DNA of 64,000 nt from a candidate division FCPU426 bacterium (GTDB lineage: Bacteria > Oederibacteriota > JAAXVQ01 > JAUVAV01). Location of the stretch: positions 352,001-416,000 of the forward strand of contig JBFLYH010000003.1 of the NCBI GenBank assembly GCA_040756875.1. The letters run 5' to 3'. Below the pieces are notes generated by a model. It was not told where the DNA came from. It did not search any database and saw only the letters and a program-made list of their open reading frames with translations. Each line of letters starts with the position of its first letter. The stretch's first letter is position 1. Positions 20,357 to 30,792 of this stretch are shown here, one piece after another. Both the position numbers and the translations under genes were made by a program.

Positions 20357-21334
20357 CTAAGGCAGAACGATGTTGACCGTACTGGTGTAGGTTCCGGTGG
20401 AGCAACTGTAGGTGATGGTAATGGTGATCGTGTCCCCGGACCGGTAAACGAATGACGGCCAAGAGATGATCATGGTGTTGGTGAAAATTTGCGCGATCCG
20501 CTGGTAAATGCCGGCCAAATCCGAGGAAGCGCCGGCCCGTTCGTACAACCCGTTGGTCTGCGAGGCGATGCTTTCCAGGATGCTGTCACTGGCTGATCCG
20601 AAGCCGATGGTGTAGATGGGAATCCCGTTGCTGCGCGCGTACTGGATCAAGTCGCTCATGCTGTGCGTACTGGAGTTGTCGCCTCCGTCGGTAAAGGCCA
20701 CCACGGCGCGCTGTCCGGACTCGGGGATCGTATTCGTCACTCCCAGGTATGTGGCGTCAAAAAAAGCGGTCAGCCCATTCAACGACACGGGATTGGTGAT
20801 GGCGGTGCGCAGGGCGTTCTTGTCGGTGGTGTAGGTTTGGATCTGGTTGATGGTGTCGTCGAACTTAATGACTTCACCGCGATCCGCAGGCTGCATGTTG
20901 TTCACGAACGAAACCGCCGCAGTCTCCAGATCACCCGTATATCCGGACATGGATCCGGAATAATCCAGCACCAGTGAGGAAGAAATGCTCTGGCCGGATC
21001 CGCTGGCCGTGCTCACGGTGATGGAGCCGGATGAAATCCGGGTGCCGTTGTAAACCACCTGGAAATTGGCGCTGGAAAAATAGGAGGCCGCCAAGGCATT
21101 GCCGTCCTGGTCCCGGACCGAAACAAATACGCCCTGGCTGTTGGCCTGAGAGTAGTTGGCATCGATGTTCGTGGTCGTGTGATCGCTGGAATTGACCGGA
21201 ACCGCGCCGCCACCGCCTCCGGCGGCACTGGTAATGGGATCCACGGGATTGCTAAAGCAGCCGGCCAAAGAAAGAAGCAAGCCGGCAAGCACAATAAAAT
21301 TGCGCGTCAATCTGTTTCGATCCATGATGTTCAC
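20357..21334 (-). CDS. von Willebrand factor A domain lipoprotein
   Basis: Lipobox LAGC, MIDAS DYSGS, T in GLTAFFDA, FTDG, IYTIGFG. Confidence 0.88.
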   Translation of the reverse strand: MNIMDRNRLTRNFIVLAGLLLSLAGCFSNPVDPITSAAGGGGGAVPVNSSDHTTTNIDANYSQANSQGVFVSVRDQDGNALAASYFSSANFQVVYNGTRISSGSITVSTASGSGQSISSSLVLDYSGSMSGYTGDLETAAVSFVNNMQPADRGEVIKFDDTINQIQTYTTDKNALRTAITNPVSLNGLTAFFDATYLGVTNTIPESGQRAVVAFTDGGDNSSTHSMSDLIQYARSNGIPIYTIGFGSASDSILESIASQTNGLYERAGASSDLAGIYQRIAQIFTNTMIISWPSFVYRSGDTITITITYSCSTGTYTSTVNIVLP

Positions 21335-21373
21335 CTCGTTGAACTAGCTTCCGCCTGATACACTGATTAACGT

Positions 21374-21823
21374 CTAATTCAGTGTTATATTAATACCTGT
21401 CACTGCATTTCCACCGCTGATCGTCACGGTCCCCAGATAGGCACCGCTCAGCGTGTTCTCGTCCGCGCCGACGTAATAAATGCCGTCAGGAAGCCCGGAA
21501 ACCGTATACGTCCCATTCCCGGTCCGCGTGGTTTGATAGAAGCTCGTTCCGCTCAAGACCGCGGTGACGGTCACCGTGCCGCCAGAACTTCCCGAGATCG
21601 TTCCGCTAATGGACCCTGAGCCGGTGCCGCCGCCTCCGCCGCCGGTAATCGGCGTGGGGGTGGGAGAGAGCGTGCCACCGCCAACACCGCAACTGCCCCC
21701 GCAGGTGCTGGTCCCCAGCACATTCGGCGAGGTGGGAGAGGTGAAACACCCGGCAGCCAGCATGAGGCCGGCTGCCAGGGCTGCATTCGCAAGCAAGAGC
21801 AAAAGTGCTTTGGGAGTTCTCAT
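21374..21823 (-). CDS. Small lipoprotein with carboxypeptidase-regulatory-like (transthyretin-like) beta-sandwich
   Basis: Lipobox AAGC, Gly/Pro linker, GSISGTIS...GTYTVSGLPDGIYYV...TGINITL. Confidence 0.75.
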   Translation of the reverse strand: MRTPKALLLLLANAALAAGLMLAAGCFTSPTSPNVLGTSTCGGSCGVGGGTLSPTPTPITGGGGGGTGSGSISGTISGSSGGTVTVTAVLSGTSFYQTTRTGNGTYTVSGLPDGIYYVGADENTLSGAYLGTVTISGGNAVTGINITLN

Positions 21824-21833
21824 GATCAGACTC

Positions 21834-23216
21834 CTAGAAATTTATTGAGCTTCCGATTAGGAGTTTCGTGGCGTTGTTCGGTGCCGTGGCCGGGGAAGGC
21901 GGCCAGCCGATGCCCTCCCGGTTGGGCATGAACATAGCCACTTGCCCGTAGAATGACACGATCTTCGAGGCCTGGTAAACCAGCCACGCGTTCAACTCCG
22001 TGCCCAGGCTCTTGCCGTCCTTGTCGGTATTGGAATAAATCCACAGGCCCACACCCGGCTTGATGCTGTTGAAGGCGAATTCGCCCGTGAAGCCCAGCGA
22101 CAAAACGCCGACGTAATTCTGTATCTTCAAACTTGCGGAGTGCCCATCCAGGTACGTATAGGCACCGGCGCCGTCCTGGATCTTGGAAAACAGCCCGGGG
22201 CCCGAGCCGGGGAGCGAATTCAAGCTGGCAAAACCGCACTTGGTGTTGAGCAGCGGTTCCGGATCTCCGCCCGTATAGACGATGTGCGCGCCCAGTTCAA
22301 AGCCAAAATCCGGGGTGGATTGCATGCCGTACATGCCGTCCAGTTTCAGGCCCAGGGCGGTGGCGTCGATGGAATCGTCAGCCGCAGTCTTGGCCATGCC
22401 GAACTGAATGCCCAACTGGCCGTTCAGGCCGAAGTGCCCGGCATCGCCGGCAGGCATGTCCAGCATATAGCGTCCGCCGAGCAGGATCAGCGTGTTGACC
22501 GCGTCCTTGGCGGTGGGCGGAGTGCCTGACGTGATGGTGATGGGCTCGTTGCCGATCAGCAAGTAACCGCGCAGGCCCATGGTGTCGCCGAGGTTGAAAT
22601 ACGGCGTGAAGCCGATCATGCTTTCGATCTTCCCGCCTGTGCCCCACGGCGCATACAGATCGGTGCGCGCAATGAAAAACATCAGGTCAATCTTGTCCAG
22701 GTCAAAACCCAAAGTCACGGCGTCATGCTGGAACCCCAGCAACAGATCCTGGGTGTCGCCGAACAATTGACGGCCCAGCTTGACGTAAAAATTGTCCTGT
22801 TGGAACTTGGCATACAGTTCATTCACTTTAATGAAGGGATAGGTTATGTTCGCATAACCCGGCTTTTCCACGTCCGCGAACAAGCCGAAATTTTCCTTGT
22901 CAAACACGTTGGCCAACGCCATGCGGTAGACCGGGTAGAAATACCAGTCCGAAGTCTCGCCATAGGCGCTGTTGACCATGTCGAAAATTTTAATGTCGAT
23001 GTTGCCGCTGAAATCGAAGCCCGGCTTCATCTCGTTGATGAGATCCTGGGGTGTGGGCTCCTTCGACTGTTGGACAACAGGTTTGGCGGCGGGTTTGGCT
23101 GCTTGGGTTTGGGCCTTGGCCTTGGGAGCCTGGGCAGCAAGGACGAGCTGGCTTCCGGCCGTGACAAACAAGAGCGTCGTTAGAATGGTGAAGACTTTTT
23201 TCATTTCGTTTTTCAA
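21834..23216 (-). CDS. Probable outer-membrane beta-barrel protein (alginate-export/porin-like)
   Basis: Signal peptide (likely start MKKVFTIL at 23204), alternating beta-strand pattern, VKLGRQ, SLGTELN, C-terminal Phe (SSINF). Confidence 0.7.
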   Translation of the reverse strand: MKNEMKKVFTILTTLLFVTAGSQLVLAAQAPKAKAQTQAAKPAAKPVVQQSKEPTPQDLINEMKPGFDFSGNIDIKIFDMVNSAYGETSDWYFYPVYRMALANVFDKENFGLFADVEKPGYANITYPFIKVNELYAKFQQDNFYVKLGRQLFGDTQDLLLGFQHDAVTLGFDLDKIDLMFFIARTDLYAPWGTGGKIESMIGFTPYFNLGDTMGLRGYLLIGNEPITITSGTPPTAKDAVNTLILLGGRYMLDMPAGDAGHFGLNGQLGIQFGMAKTAADDSIDATALGLKLDGMYGMQSTPDFGFELGAHIVYTGGDPEPLLNTKCGFASLNSLPGSGPGLFSKIQDGAGAYTYLDGHSASLKIQNYVGVLSLGFTGEFAFNSIKPGVGLWIYSNTDKDGKSLGTELNAWLVYQASKIVSFYGQVAMFMPNREGIGWPPSPATAPNNATKLLIGSSINF

Positions 23217-23342
23217 CCCCCTCTTGGTAGTGATTGCAATCCCGAATGGGATTCGAATCCGTAGTAACAGTATTTCTGCAGGCTTCCCACCCCTCTCATC
23301 TGATATAAGGAAAGGTGTTGGAAGGTGGTTAAGGTAGGAATC

Positions 23343-23371
23343 ATTCTCCCAAAAGACTTGCCGCTCGTCAA
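23343..23371 (-). promoter_or_regulatory. Possible sigma70-like promoter for the barrel-lipoprotein operon
   Basis: TTGACG-17 nt-GAGAAT. Confidence 0.35.
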
Positions 23372-23427
23372 GCTCTCAAAACGATTGTATTAAGTAATAC
23401 TTTACATTAATAAATATCTCATCCACG

Positions 23428-24441
23428 TTAATTCTCTTGGGAACCTATTTTTATTTCGTCAAAAGTCGTTCCCGTTCCATCAACACTACCTTCAATAAGC
23501 AAGTCAATATGAAAAGACTTAGTTCCGCTCCAAACAGGCGCTGACGCATTGATGTCTATATAATGAATTCCCGCGTTTAAGTATTCGCAGATGAGTTTGC
23601 GTGAACCATCATCTAAAAAAACCTTAAATGCTGTGCCACTGTCAATCTGTGTTACAACGATCCGCATGTATTTAAATGTATCAAAGTTCAATGTCATGCC
23701 GTCCGATTCTACGTGCCCATATCCCTTGGCACCAGACACAAGAGCGACTTTTGCAGCACCTTTAGGTTGCCCGAGGCCGCTTGTGCGTATGGTGGCATTG
23801 TCCACGTCCCACCAACTTCCTGGCCGGACATCGTCGCCCAGATCCTCAAAATGTTCGACATACCCGTTCGTGGATTGTTTATAAATCCAGACTTCGTCAA
23901 AACGAGTGCCGGTATTGGCCGTAGCACTTTCCACAAGCAAGTCAATGTGAAATGATTTATTCCCGCTCCATATCGGCGCGGTGGCGTTAATGCCGATATC
24001 ATGAACACCCACTCCCAGACCGCTCGCGATTTCTTTTCGTGCCCCATCATCCAGAAAAACCTTGAAAGCTGTGGCGCTATCAACAGATAGTATCACCAGT
24101 CTAACGGTATCCAATGTATCAAAATTCAAGGTCATGCCGTCCGATTCAACATGACCGTAGTTTTTACTTGTAGTCGCAAGCGACACTTTTGCTGTCCCTT
24201 TGGGTTGCCCGGTTCCGCTCGTACGAATGACGGCATTGTCAACATCCCACCAGCTTCCCGGACGCACATCATCGCCTGTTTCTTCGTAATGCTCCAAATA
24301 GGGCGTAGTGGGGGCCGACACATCCAGAAAAGTCACTGTTATGGGAAAGGAAAGACTTACGGCGGCAAAAAGTCGGGTTGAATAAGACGTAGTCAGTACA
24401 GTAAAAACCAACAATCCGCTAAAAAAAACATGGTTCTTCAT
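23428..24441 (-). CDS. Secreted protein with a tandem 146-aa duplicated beta-rich domain (CBM-like), AT-rich
   Basis: Signal peptide from MKNHVFFS; two copies of YxEHxExxGDDVRPGSWWDVDNA...FHIDLL...FDE spaced 438 nt apart. Confidence 0.8.
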   Translation of the reverse strand: MKNHVFFSGLLVFTVLTTSYSTRLFAAVSLSFPITVTFLDVSAPTTPYLEHYEETGDDVRPGSWWDVDNAVIRTSGTGQPKGTAKVSLATTSKNYGHVESDGMTLNFDTLDTVRLVILSVDSATAFKVFLDDGARKEIASGLGVGVHDIGINATAPIWSGNKSFHIDLLVESATANTGTRFDEVWIYKQSTNGYVEHFEDLGDDVRPGSWWDVDNATIRTSGLGQPKGAAKVALVSGAKGYGHVESDGMTLNFDTFKYMRIVVTQIDSGTAFKVFLDDGSRKLICEYLNAGIHYIDINASAPVWSGTKSFHIDLLIEGSVDGTGTTFDEIKIGSQEN

Positions 24442-24580
24442 GATGCATTTGCGGGATTCAGAAAACAAGGATAACACCTCGCTTTTAAACCTTAAAATCG
24501 TATTATATAGTAATTAGACTCTCCGGGCGACCAGTAATTTCAACAAAATAAGGTGTCTTCGAGAAGTATTTAGGCGTGTG

Positions 24581-25744
24581 CTAGCGCCAGCTGGGGACGA
24601 GGTTGTCGTAGTAGCTGCGGGTGAGGTTGCGGACGTGCTGGCCATCGGCGTCCATAATGAAGATATTCCAGGCGTTTTCCCAGCGCGCCACGTAGGCGAT
24701 CAAGGTGCCGTCGGGTGAAAAAATCGGGTCATCCTTGTCCATTTCGTCGTCCGTAATGCGGTAATACTTCTGCCAATTGAGGTCGTAGATATAAAGCTGC
24801 CGCGTCATGCGGTCCAGGGAGTTGGAGGAAAAAACCATCTTGTTGCCCACCGGCGAAAATACCGGATCGCCCATGTAGGTCAGCTCGTCGGTCTCGATCA
24901 GGGGAATCGGCTTTTGGTCCTGCAATTTCATCATAAATATTTCGCTGCGGTTGTTGCGGCTTGATTCCAGGGAAACGTAGGCCCCGTCGGGCGAAAATCC
25001 GTAGCCGTGCGTGTGCCCGAACCAGTGGGTCAACTGCCGCATCTGACTGCCGTCCGCACTGATGATTCCGGTTTCGGCGCTTCCATCCCGGTGCGTTGTG
25101 TACAGCAACGAACGGCCGTCTGGGCTCCAGAAGGGGTTGGTTTTATCCCCCACGCCGTGCGTCACTTGACGGATGGCGCGGGTGGCCAGGTCCATGACAT
25201 AGATTTGATAGGTGCTCGTGCGGTTGGAAGAAAAAGCCAGACAATGCCCGTCGTAGGAAAGATGCGGATCGCGGTCAAAGGCATTCGATTCCATCAGGCG
25301 TTCGCAGTGATTGCCGTCCGCATCCATCAAATACAACTGGTAATGACGCCCATCGCTCCGGTTTGACGCAAAGGCTATTTTGCGCAGGATGCCGCCGCCT
25401 GCAGGCGTTGGTGTAGGCACGGGCGTGGTTTGTACCAGCGGAGGAAAAGTCGGGCGTTCGGCCAGGTAAAGGGTTTTGGGCTGGGAGAGAATTCTCGGCA
25501 AAGGCGCCACGGCGGCGGCCAGCACGGGTTCGCCGGCTGCAAGCGCCTCCACTGAAGCCGCAATGGTAACCGGTGTTGGATGATATCCGAAAACGAAAAT
25601 CAATATTAGAATAATCAGCGCCAATAATGTGACGCTTTTTAAAAAGGTTCCTTCATCATCAATGAAAGATGAAACGAACCAGCTTTTCAAATTTGCCCTC
25701 CATATATGGTATTTGCCATTAATATGATACGCTTTATGGGGCAT
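24581..25744 (-). CDS. TolB-like PD40/WD40 beta-propeller protein with N-terminal TM anchor
   Basis: Repeats such as IAFASNR, PHLSYDG, PFWSPDG, PVFSPVG and PIFSPDG; Pro-rich linker after a hydrophobic segment; start uncertain. Confidence 0.85.
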   Translation of the reverse strand: MPHKAYHINGKYHIWRANLKSWFVSSFIDDEGTFLKSVTLLALIILILIFVFGYHPTPVTIAASVEALAAGEPVLAAAVAPLPRILSQPKTLYLAERPTFPPLVQTTPVPTPTPAGGGILRKIAFASNRSDGRHYQLYLMDADGNHCERLMESNAFDRDPHLSYDGHCLAFSSNRTSTYQIYVMDLATRAIRQVTHGVGDKTNPFWSPDGRSLLYTTHRDGSAETGIISADGSQMRQLTHWFGHTHGYGFSPDGAYVSLESSRNNRSEIFMMKLQDQKPIPLIETDELTYMGDPVFSPVGNKMVFSSNSLDRMTRQLYIYDLNWQKYYRITDDEMDKDDPIFSPDGTLIAYVARWENAWNIFIMDADGQHVRNLTRSYYDNLVPSWR

Positions 25745-25870
25745 ATGTCAATTTGAAAAACATATTTTTTGTATTTAATAAAGTTATTATCAAAACCTCA
25801 TGTTCGTCATCAAGAATATCCTTATTATCATTGATTTTTAAGCATTTTATTAAAAGTTTTATACAGTTTT

Positions 25871-26590
25871 TTAGCTTTTCCCGGCCTGTACAGGCTTCAA
25901 ACCTAAAAGCGATGCGATTTGTTTCATGTCCTCCCAAGCCAGACGTTTATTTTGCGGATGATAGAGCAAGGCCGCGGGATGAAAGGTCGGCACCAGCGCC
26001 ACCCCCTGAAAGCGATGGACTTTGCCCCTCATTTTCCCGATCGGTTCCTGGGTATCCAGGAGCGTTTGAGTGGCATACGTTCCGAGCGTGCAGATAACCT
26101 CGGGTTTGAGCAATTCCAACTGCTGCTGCAGCCAGTCCCGGCAAGCGCTGATTTCTTCTGGTTGGGGATTCCGGTTCCCGGGCGGACGGCATTTGAGGAC
26201 GTTGCAGATGTAAACTTTTTCCCGCCGCAACCCGATCGCTTCCAACATGCGCGTCAGCAGCTGGCCCGCGGCGCCGACAAAAGGCCGCCCTTGCCGGTCT
26301 TCTTCCGCGCCCGGCGCCTCGCCGACCAGAACCAGCCGCGCCCGCGGGTCACCTTCGCCGAAAACCACGCGCTGGCGGCTCTTGTGCAGGGCGCATTTCG
26401 TGCAATGGGCGGCTTCCCCGGCCAAAGCGTCCATCCGGGGATCTGCCGGTTGTTTTCCGGAAACGGGCCGGACGCCCCGCGCCGGGCGATAGAAAAAGTC
26501 GGCCGCATCATCTCCATCCAGGCGCCGGCGCACATACCGCTTCAATTGCCCGGCTATGGATTCCATTTTTTTCCTCGGTTGCTCGGACAT
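25871..26590 (-). CDS. Uracil-DNA glycosylase family 4 (Fe-S)
   Basis: [41 protein letters not shown]. Confidence 0.95.
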   Translation of the reverse strand: MSEQPRKKMESIAGQLKRYVRRRLDGDDAADFFYRPARGVRPVSGKQPADPRMDALAGEAAHCTKCALHKSRQRVVFGEGDPRARLVLVGEAPGAEEDRQGRPFVGAAGQLLTRMLEAIGLRREKVYICNVLKCRPPGNRNPQPEEISACRDWLQQQLELLKPEVICTLGTYATQTLLDTQEPIGKMRGKVHRFQGVALVPTFHPAALLYHPQNKRLAWEDMKQIASLLGLKPVQAGKS

Positions 26591-26655
26591 CGTTCTCCCG
26601 GATTGCAATGGCATTATAATCAAACGGACTGATCGCCGTCTGCGCTGGCCGGAGG

Positions 26656-27612
26656 TTACCAGGACACCGCCAGGGAAAAGACGTGATTCAAACCCTCGCC
26701 GGGCATTCGCTCCGTCGCCAAAGCGTAGTCCAGCTGCAGCGTGACCCGCTCGCCGAGACGGAAGTTACCGCTGGCGCCGGCGGTCCAGCGCCCATTGTCC
26801 AAACCCGTGCGCACGGCCAAAGCCGGAAGCGCTTGATATTCGACGCCCGCGTGGTACCGGTAGTTCCTGACCGCGGCCGGAGCGTGAAGATACTCGGCGT
26901 CAGCGTCGCAGGAAGCCCGCAGCCCGGTGTCACCCAGCTGGTACATGACCCCGGCCCGAATAAGCCAGGGCACCCGGTCCTGATACCCGCCCGGCCAGTT
27001 GAGGGAACTGTACACGTCCTGCAACATCAAACCCCAACTCCAATCCGGATCCAGTTGGTGCCAAACCGCCAGGTCGAGGCCGAATCCACTGGCCGATGTG
27101 CCGTCCAAGGATTGCAGCAGAAGCTTGAGATTGCTGCCCACGCCCAACCCGGGCCCCAAGCCGGAAGCGAGCGACAGCAGGAGGGCGTTCTCTGAATCGG
27201 AAAACATGTGATCCGGCAGCGGCCGATTCTCTTCCCGGGCTTCCAGGTCGCTGCCAGCCGAAAAATTGATCCAGGTTCCCGCGTAGGCGTACGATCCGCC
27301 GGTGGCGTTGACGTCGGCATGGGTGAAGCCGAGGAAATTCCAGGCCCGCTCCCATCCCAAAACCGAGGTCTGTGCCAGCACCCGGTCGCCGGCCAGAAAC
27401 GGCAGTTTGCCCGGATTCCAATAGGCGGCCGAAGCATCATCCGCGGCCGCGGTCTGGGCACCACCCATTCCCACTCCCCTGGCGCCGGCGCCGGCCCGCA
27501 GGTACGGCGCTGCACCGCCGCCCTCGGCCCGAACCTGCGGGACCCAGGCCATGAGCAGGCATCCTGCCAGCAAAACCCCCGACAGGCGCGGCCACGCGGC
27601 AAGGTTTTTCAA
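26656..27612 (-). CDS. PorV/PorQ-like (FadL-superfamily) outer-membrane barrel
   Basis: Signal peptide, GAGARGVGMGGA...DDASAAYWNPG, GFGLDL, GVEY, LDYA, H near the C-terminus, terminal Trp; TTGA overlap with the upstream subtilase. Confidence 0.8.
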   Translation of the reverse strand: MKNLAAWPRLSGVLLAGCLLMAWVPQVRAEGGGAAPYLRAGAGARGVGMGGAQTAAADDASAAYWNPGKLPFLAGDRVLAQTSVLGWERAWNFLGFTHADVNATGGSYAYAGTWINFSAGSDLEAREENRPLPDHMFSDSENALLLSLASGLGPGLGVGSNLKLLLQSLDGTSASGFGLDLAVWHQLDPDWSWGLMLQDVYSSLNWPGGYQDRVPWLIRAGVMYQLGDTGLRASCDADAEYLHAPAAVRNYRYHAGVEYQALPALAVRTGLDNGRWTAGASGNFRLGERVTLQLDYALATERMPGEGLNHVFSLAVSW

Positions 27613-29258
27613 TTTCGCACCACGATTTTATTCATATACGTCTTGCCGCCGATCTCCAAAACAAAAGGATAAACGCCGTTGGCCGCCAAATCGCCGGATT
27701 CGTTCCGTCCGTTCCAGCCGATCACGCCCCCCGCATGCACCGCAGCGCCCTGAAGTTCGAGCGTCCGCACCAGGGTGCCGAGGGAATCGAAGATCCGAAC
27801 GCTGGCTGTCTGGCCGGTCGCGGCTTCCGGAATGACAATATAGGTTTGTTCCCCGCGGGCGGGGCGGAAGGGATTGGGATAGTTGTACGAGGGGCGGCTC
27901 CCGCCGGCCGCTTTAAAAGTGTATTGCCGCGTCAGCGCCCGGTAAAGGTTGACCCGCCCCCATCCCAGCTCGGGATTCCAGCCGTCCGCGTCCGCGGCCA
28001 GGCTTCCGGTCTTGTCCGCCGTGGTGATCAGCAGGTTAAGCACTTCTGCGGACGTACGGTTGGGGTCCTGCATCCACAGCATGGCCGCGCAGCCCGAAAC
28101 CACGGGCGCGGACATGGACGTGCCGTAGGCGTAGGCATAGGCGTCCGGCGCATCGTAAAACGTACTGAGAATCTTGCCCGCATCGGCTCCTGGATTGCCG
28201 CCGGGCGCAGCCAGGTCGATATAATCGTGGTAAATGGAATACCCGGCCCGGGCGCCCGTGGAATCACACGCTGCGACCGCCACGACCTCCGGGTAAGCGG
28301 CCGGATAAACGACGGGGTTGTAGGTGGGATCGCCGGTGTCGTTGTTGCCGCCCGAAGCCACGACCAGGCAGCCGCGCTGGACGGCATACTGGACGGCCTC
28401 CTCCATAACCTGCCCGCTGGCCGTTCCTCCCAAGCTGAGATTGAGCACCTTGGTGCCCTGATCCGCGGCCCAAATGATCGCCTGGGCGATGTCATAATCA
28501 TTCCCGGAGGGGATGGTCCCGGCCGGCCCGCCCAGGACCTTGACCGGCATGAGCCGGATCCCCGCGTGACTGGCCGTGCCCGCCACGCCCAGGCTGTTGC
28601 CCGTGGCCGCGGCTGCGATGCCGGCCACATGCGTGCCATGGCCCTGAATGTCAGAGGCATCGCCGCCCACGTCGTAAAAGTCCCGGCCCGGCACCAAGCG
28701 GCTGATCAAATCCTCGTGCTGAAGCGCAATGCCGCTGTCCAGGATGGCGATGACCACGGTGCGCCCGGCCGAAGGTGCGGGCAAAATGGCTTCAGCCCAC
28801 ACCCGGTCCGCGCCCACGGCTTCCACCCACCACTGGCTGCCGTTTTGATAATAGGGATCGTTCGGTCCGTTAGACAGGGGGGACAAGGCGGCGCGGCGAT
28901 AGTTCGGTTGGGCGTAAAGCACGGCCGGGGAATCCTGCAGTTGCCGCAGCACCAGGGAAGGGACCCGGCTGTCCGTCAGGCGCAGGCGTTCCACGCCCAG
29001 ATTGGGAATGCGGTCCCACGCGCGCGTGCCGGTGGCCTGCATCAGGGCGCTGCGCAACTGCGGAAGTTCAGCCTCGGTAATGCCCAGTTGTTTTTGCTCG
29101 GCCCCGGTCAGACGGGTGCGGAATTTGACCAGGACCACGCCCGGCACGGCGTCTTCCGGGCCCGGCAGGGGCGCGCCGGCCAAGACCGGCCAGGTCCAGA
29201 GGGCCAGGCAGAGTGCCGCTACCGAGCGGATGAACCACCGGAAAGTCAAGGTTGCCAA
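27609..29258 (-). CDS. Secreted S8 subtilase with FlgD-Ig/T9SS-like CTD
   Basis: ILDSG, GHGTHVAG, GTSMSAP; CTD NYPNPF...IFDSLG...WNGRNESGDLAANGVY. Confidence 0.92.
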   Translation of the reverse strand: MATLTFRWFIRSVAALCLALWTWPVLAGAPLPGPEDAVPGVVLVKFRTRLTGAEQKQLGITEAELPQLRSALMQATGTRAWDRIPNLGVERLRLTDSRVPSLVLRQLQDSPAVLYAQPNYRRAALSPLSNGPNDPYYQNGSQWWVEAVGADRVWAEAILPAPSAGRTVVIAILDSGIALQHEDLISRLVPGRDFYDVGGDASDIQGHGTHVAGIAAAATGNSLGVAGTASHAGIRLMPVKVLGGPAGTIPSGNDYDIAQAIIWAADQGTKVLNLSLGGTASGQVMEEAVQYAVQRGCLVVASGGNNDTGDPTYNPVVYPAAYPEVVAVAACDSTGARAGYSIYHDYIDLAAPGGNPGADAGKILSTFYDAPDAYAYAYGTSMSAPVVSGCAAMLWMQDPNRTSAEVLNLLITTADKTGSLAADADGWNPELGWGRVNLYRALTRQYTFKAAGGSRPSYNYPNPFRPARGEQTYIVIPEAATGQTASVRIFDSLGTLVRTLELQGAAVHAGGVIGWNGRNESGDLAANGVYPFVLEIGGKTYMNKIVVRN

Positions 29259-29282
29259 CAGGCTGGTCTTCCCTTCTGAGGT

Positions 29283-30476
29283 TTAACGGGCGAGCTTCTG
29301 CTCCAGACGGTCGCAAACCAGGTCGGCGACGCGGGCTTTGGACTGCCGGGAAACGGCTTCCCGTCCGCCCTCCCGGTCCAGGATAAGAACCGCTGCTTCA
29401 TCAGACGCAAAGGCGTCGTCTGGGCCCGAGGCCTGGTTGGCGATCAGCAGATCTAATTTTTTGGCTGCCAGCTTGTCGCGGCCCCGCTTCTCCAGTTCTT
29501 CGGTTTCCGCCGCAAATCCTACCAGAATCTGGCCGGTTTTGCGTTCCCCCAACTCCTTCAGAATGTCCGGGTTGGGCAGCAGCTCCAGTGCCGGCGGAGT
29601 CTGGCCTTTTTTCAATTTTCCGGTTTGGGGATGGGCGGGCCGGAAATCCGAAACCGCAGCCGCGGCAATGACCACGTCGGCGTTTGGGAATTCAGCCAGG
29701 GTCGCGGCATGCATCTCCACGGCCGTGATGACCGGGATGACCCGTACGCCGGGCGGCGGAACCAGTTCGACCGGCCCCAGCACCAGGGTGACATGGGCTC
29801 CCCGCCGGGCTGCCGCGGCCGCCAGCGCCAGACCCATTTTCCCCGTGGACCGGTTGGAGAGAAAACGTACGGCATCCCAGGGTTCGCGGGTCGGTCCGGC
29901 TGTGATGAGCACGCGCTTGCCGGCCAGAGGGCCGGCCGGGGACAGCCTCCGTTCGACTGCGGCCACAATTTCCTCGACCGGCGCCAGGCGGCCCCGGCCG
30001 GTTTCGCCGCAGGCCAGCTCGCCTTGGGCCGGAAGCACCCACTGGTGCCCCATCTGCTCCAAAGCGCGGACATGGGCCTGAGTGAGCGGATGCTCCCACA
30101 TGCGCACGTTCATGGCCGGCGCCCATATCACCGGCGCGCGCGTGTCCAGGAGCAAGGCGGCCAGCAGGTCGTCGGCCCGTCCCTGGGCCGCGCGGGCGAT
30201 GCTGTCCGCCGTGGCGGGCGCCACGAGGACCAACTCGGCCCACTGGGCGAGGGAAATGTGCGGAACCGGCGAGGCCGGATCGGCGAAAAACTCCGTCACC
30301 ACCGGCCGCTGGGTCAGGGTGCGCAGGGTCAGCGGCGTGATGAAGCGGCAGGCATTGGCCGTCATGACCGCGGTGACTTCGCACCCGGCCCGCACCAGTT
30401 GGCGCGCCAGTTCAGCCGCCTTGTAGGCCGCAATGCTGCCTGTCACGCCCAGCAGGATGCGGCGGCCGGCCAGCAT
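29283..30476 (-). CDS. coaBC: Phosphopantothenoylcysteine decarboxylase/ligase
   Basis: GVTGSIAAYKA, PAMNVRMW, LACGETGRGR, TAGPTRE...VRFLSNRSTGKMG, AAVSDF, GFAAET. Confidence 0.98.
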   Translation of the reverse strand: MLAGRRILLGVTGSIAAYKAAELARQLVRAGCEVTAVMTANACRFITPLTLRTLTQRPVVTEFFADPASPVPHISLAQWAELVLVAPATADSIARAAQGRADDLLAALLLDTRAPVIWAPAMNVRMWEHPLTQAHVRALEQMGHQWVLPAQGELACGETGRGRLAPVEEIVAAVERRLSPAGPLAGKRVLITAGPTREPWDAVRFLSNRSTGKMGLALAAAAARRGAHVTLVLGPVELVPPPGVRVIPVITAVEMHAATLAEFPNADVVIAAAAVSDFRPAHPQTGKLKKGQTPPALELLPNPDILKELGERKTGQILVGFAAETEELEKRGRDKLAAKKLDLLIANQASGPDDAFASDEAAVLILDREGGREAVSRQSKARVADLVCDRLEQKLAR

Positions 30477-30482
30477 GAAGCG

Positions 30483-30692
30483 TCAGCCTTTCAGCGGGGA
30501 GGCCGGGTCGGTTTCCTGGCCCTGCTGCTTGAGGTATTCGTGCAAGGCCTGGCTGGTGACTTTGCGATTGGACGGCAGGTCCGAGGTGATGGCCGCGTCG
30601 GCCAACTGCCGGGCCAGGACCGACATGCGGGTCACGGCCTCATATTTGCTCCCGAGTTTGTCCACGATCTTTTCAAAATCCAAGTGGTGCAT
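30483..30692 (-). CDS. rpoZ: RNA polymerase omega subunit
   Basis: SKYEAVTRMSVLARQL...KVTSQALHE; AGGAGG RBS; canonical position between gmk and coaBC. Confidence 0.8.
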   Translation of the reverse strand: MHHLDFEKIVDKLGSKYEAVTRMSVLARQLADAAITSDLPSNRKVTSQALHEYLKQQGQETDPASPLKG

Positions 30693-30792
30693 GATGCAAG
30701 TTCCTCCTTGATGATATAAAGCTGTTATGCCACAGCGTACACGCGTGGGGCAAAGTGGATAGACCGATGCGCGCTGCGGTTTTATCCCACGA

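Noticed and set aside
24581-25744. Calling this gene tolB
   Set aside because: It lacks the TolB N-terminal domain and no pal/tolQR neighbours are present, so it is annotated only as TolB-like.
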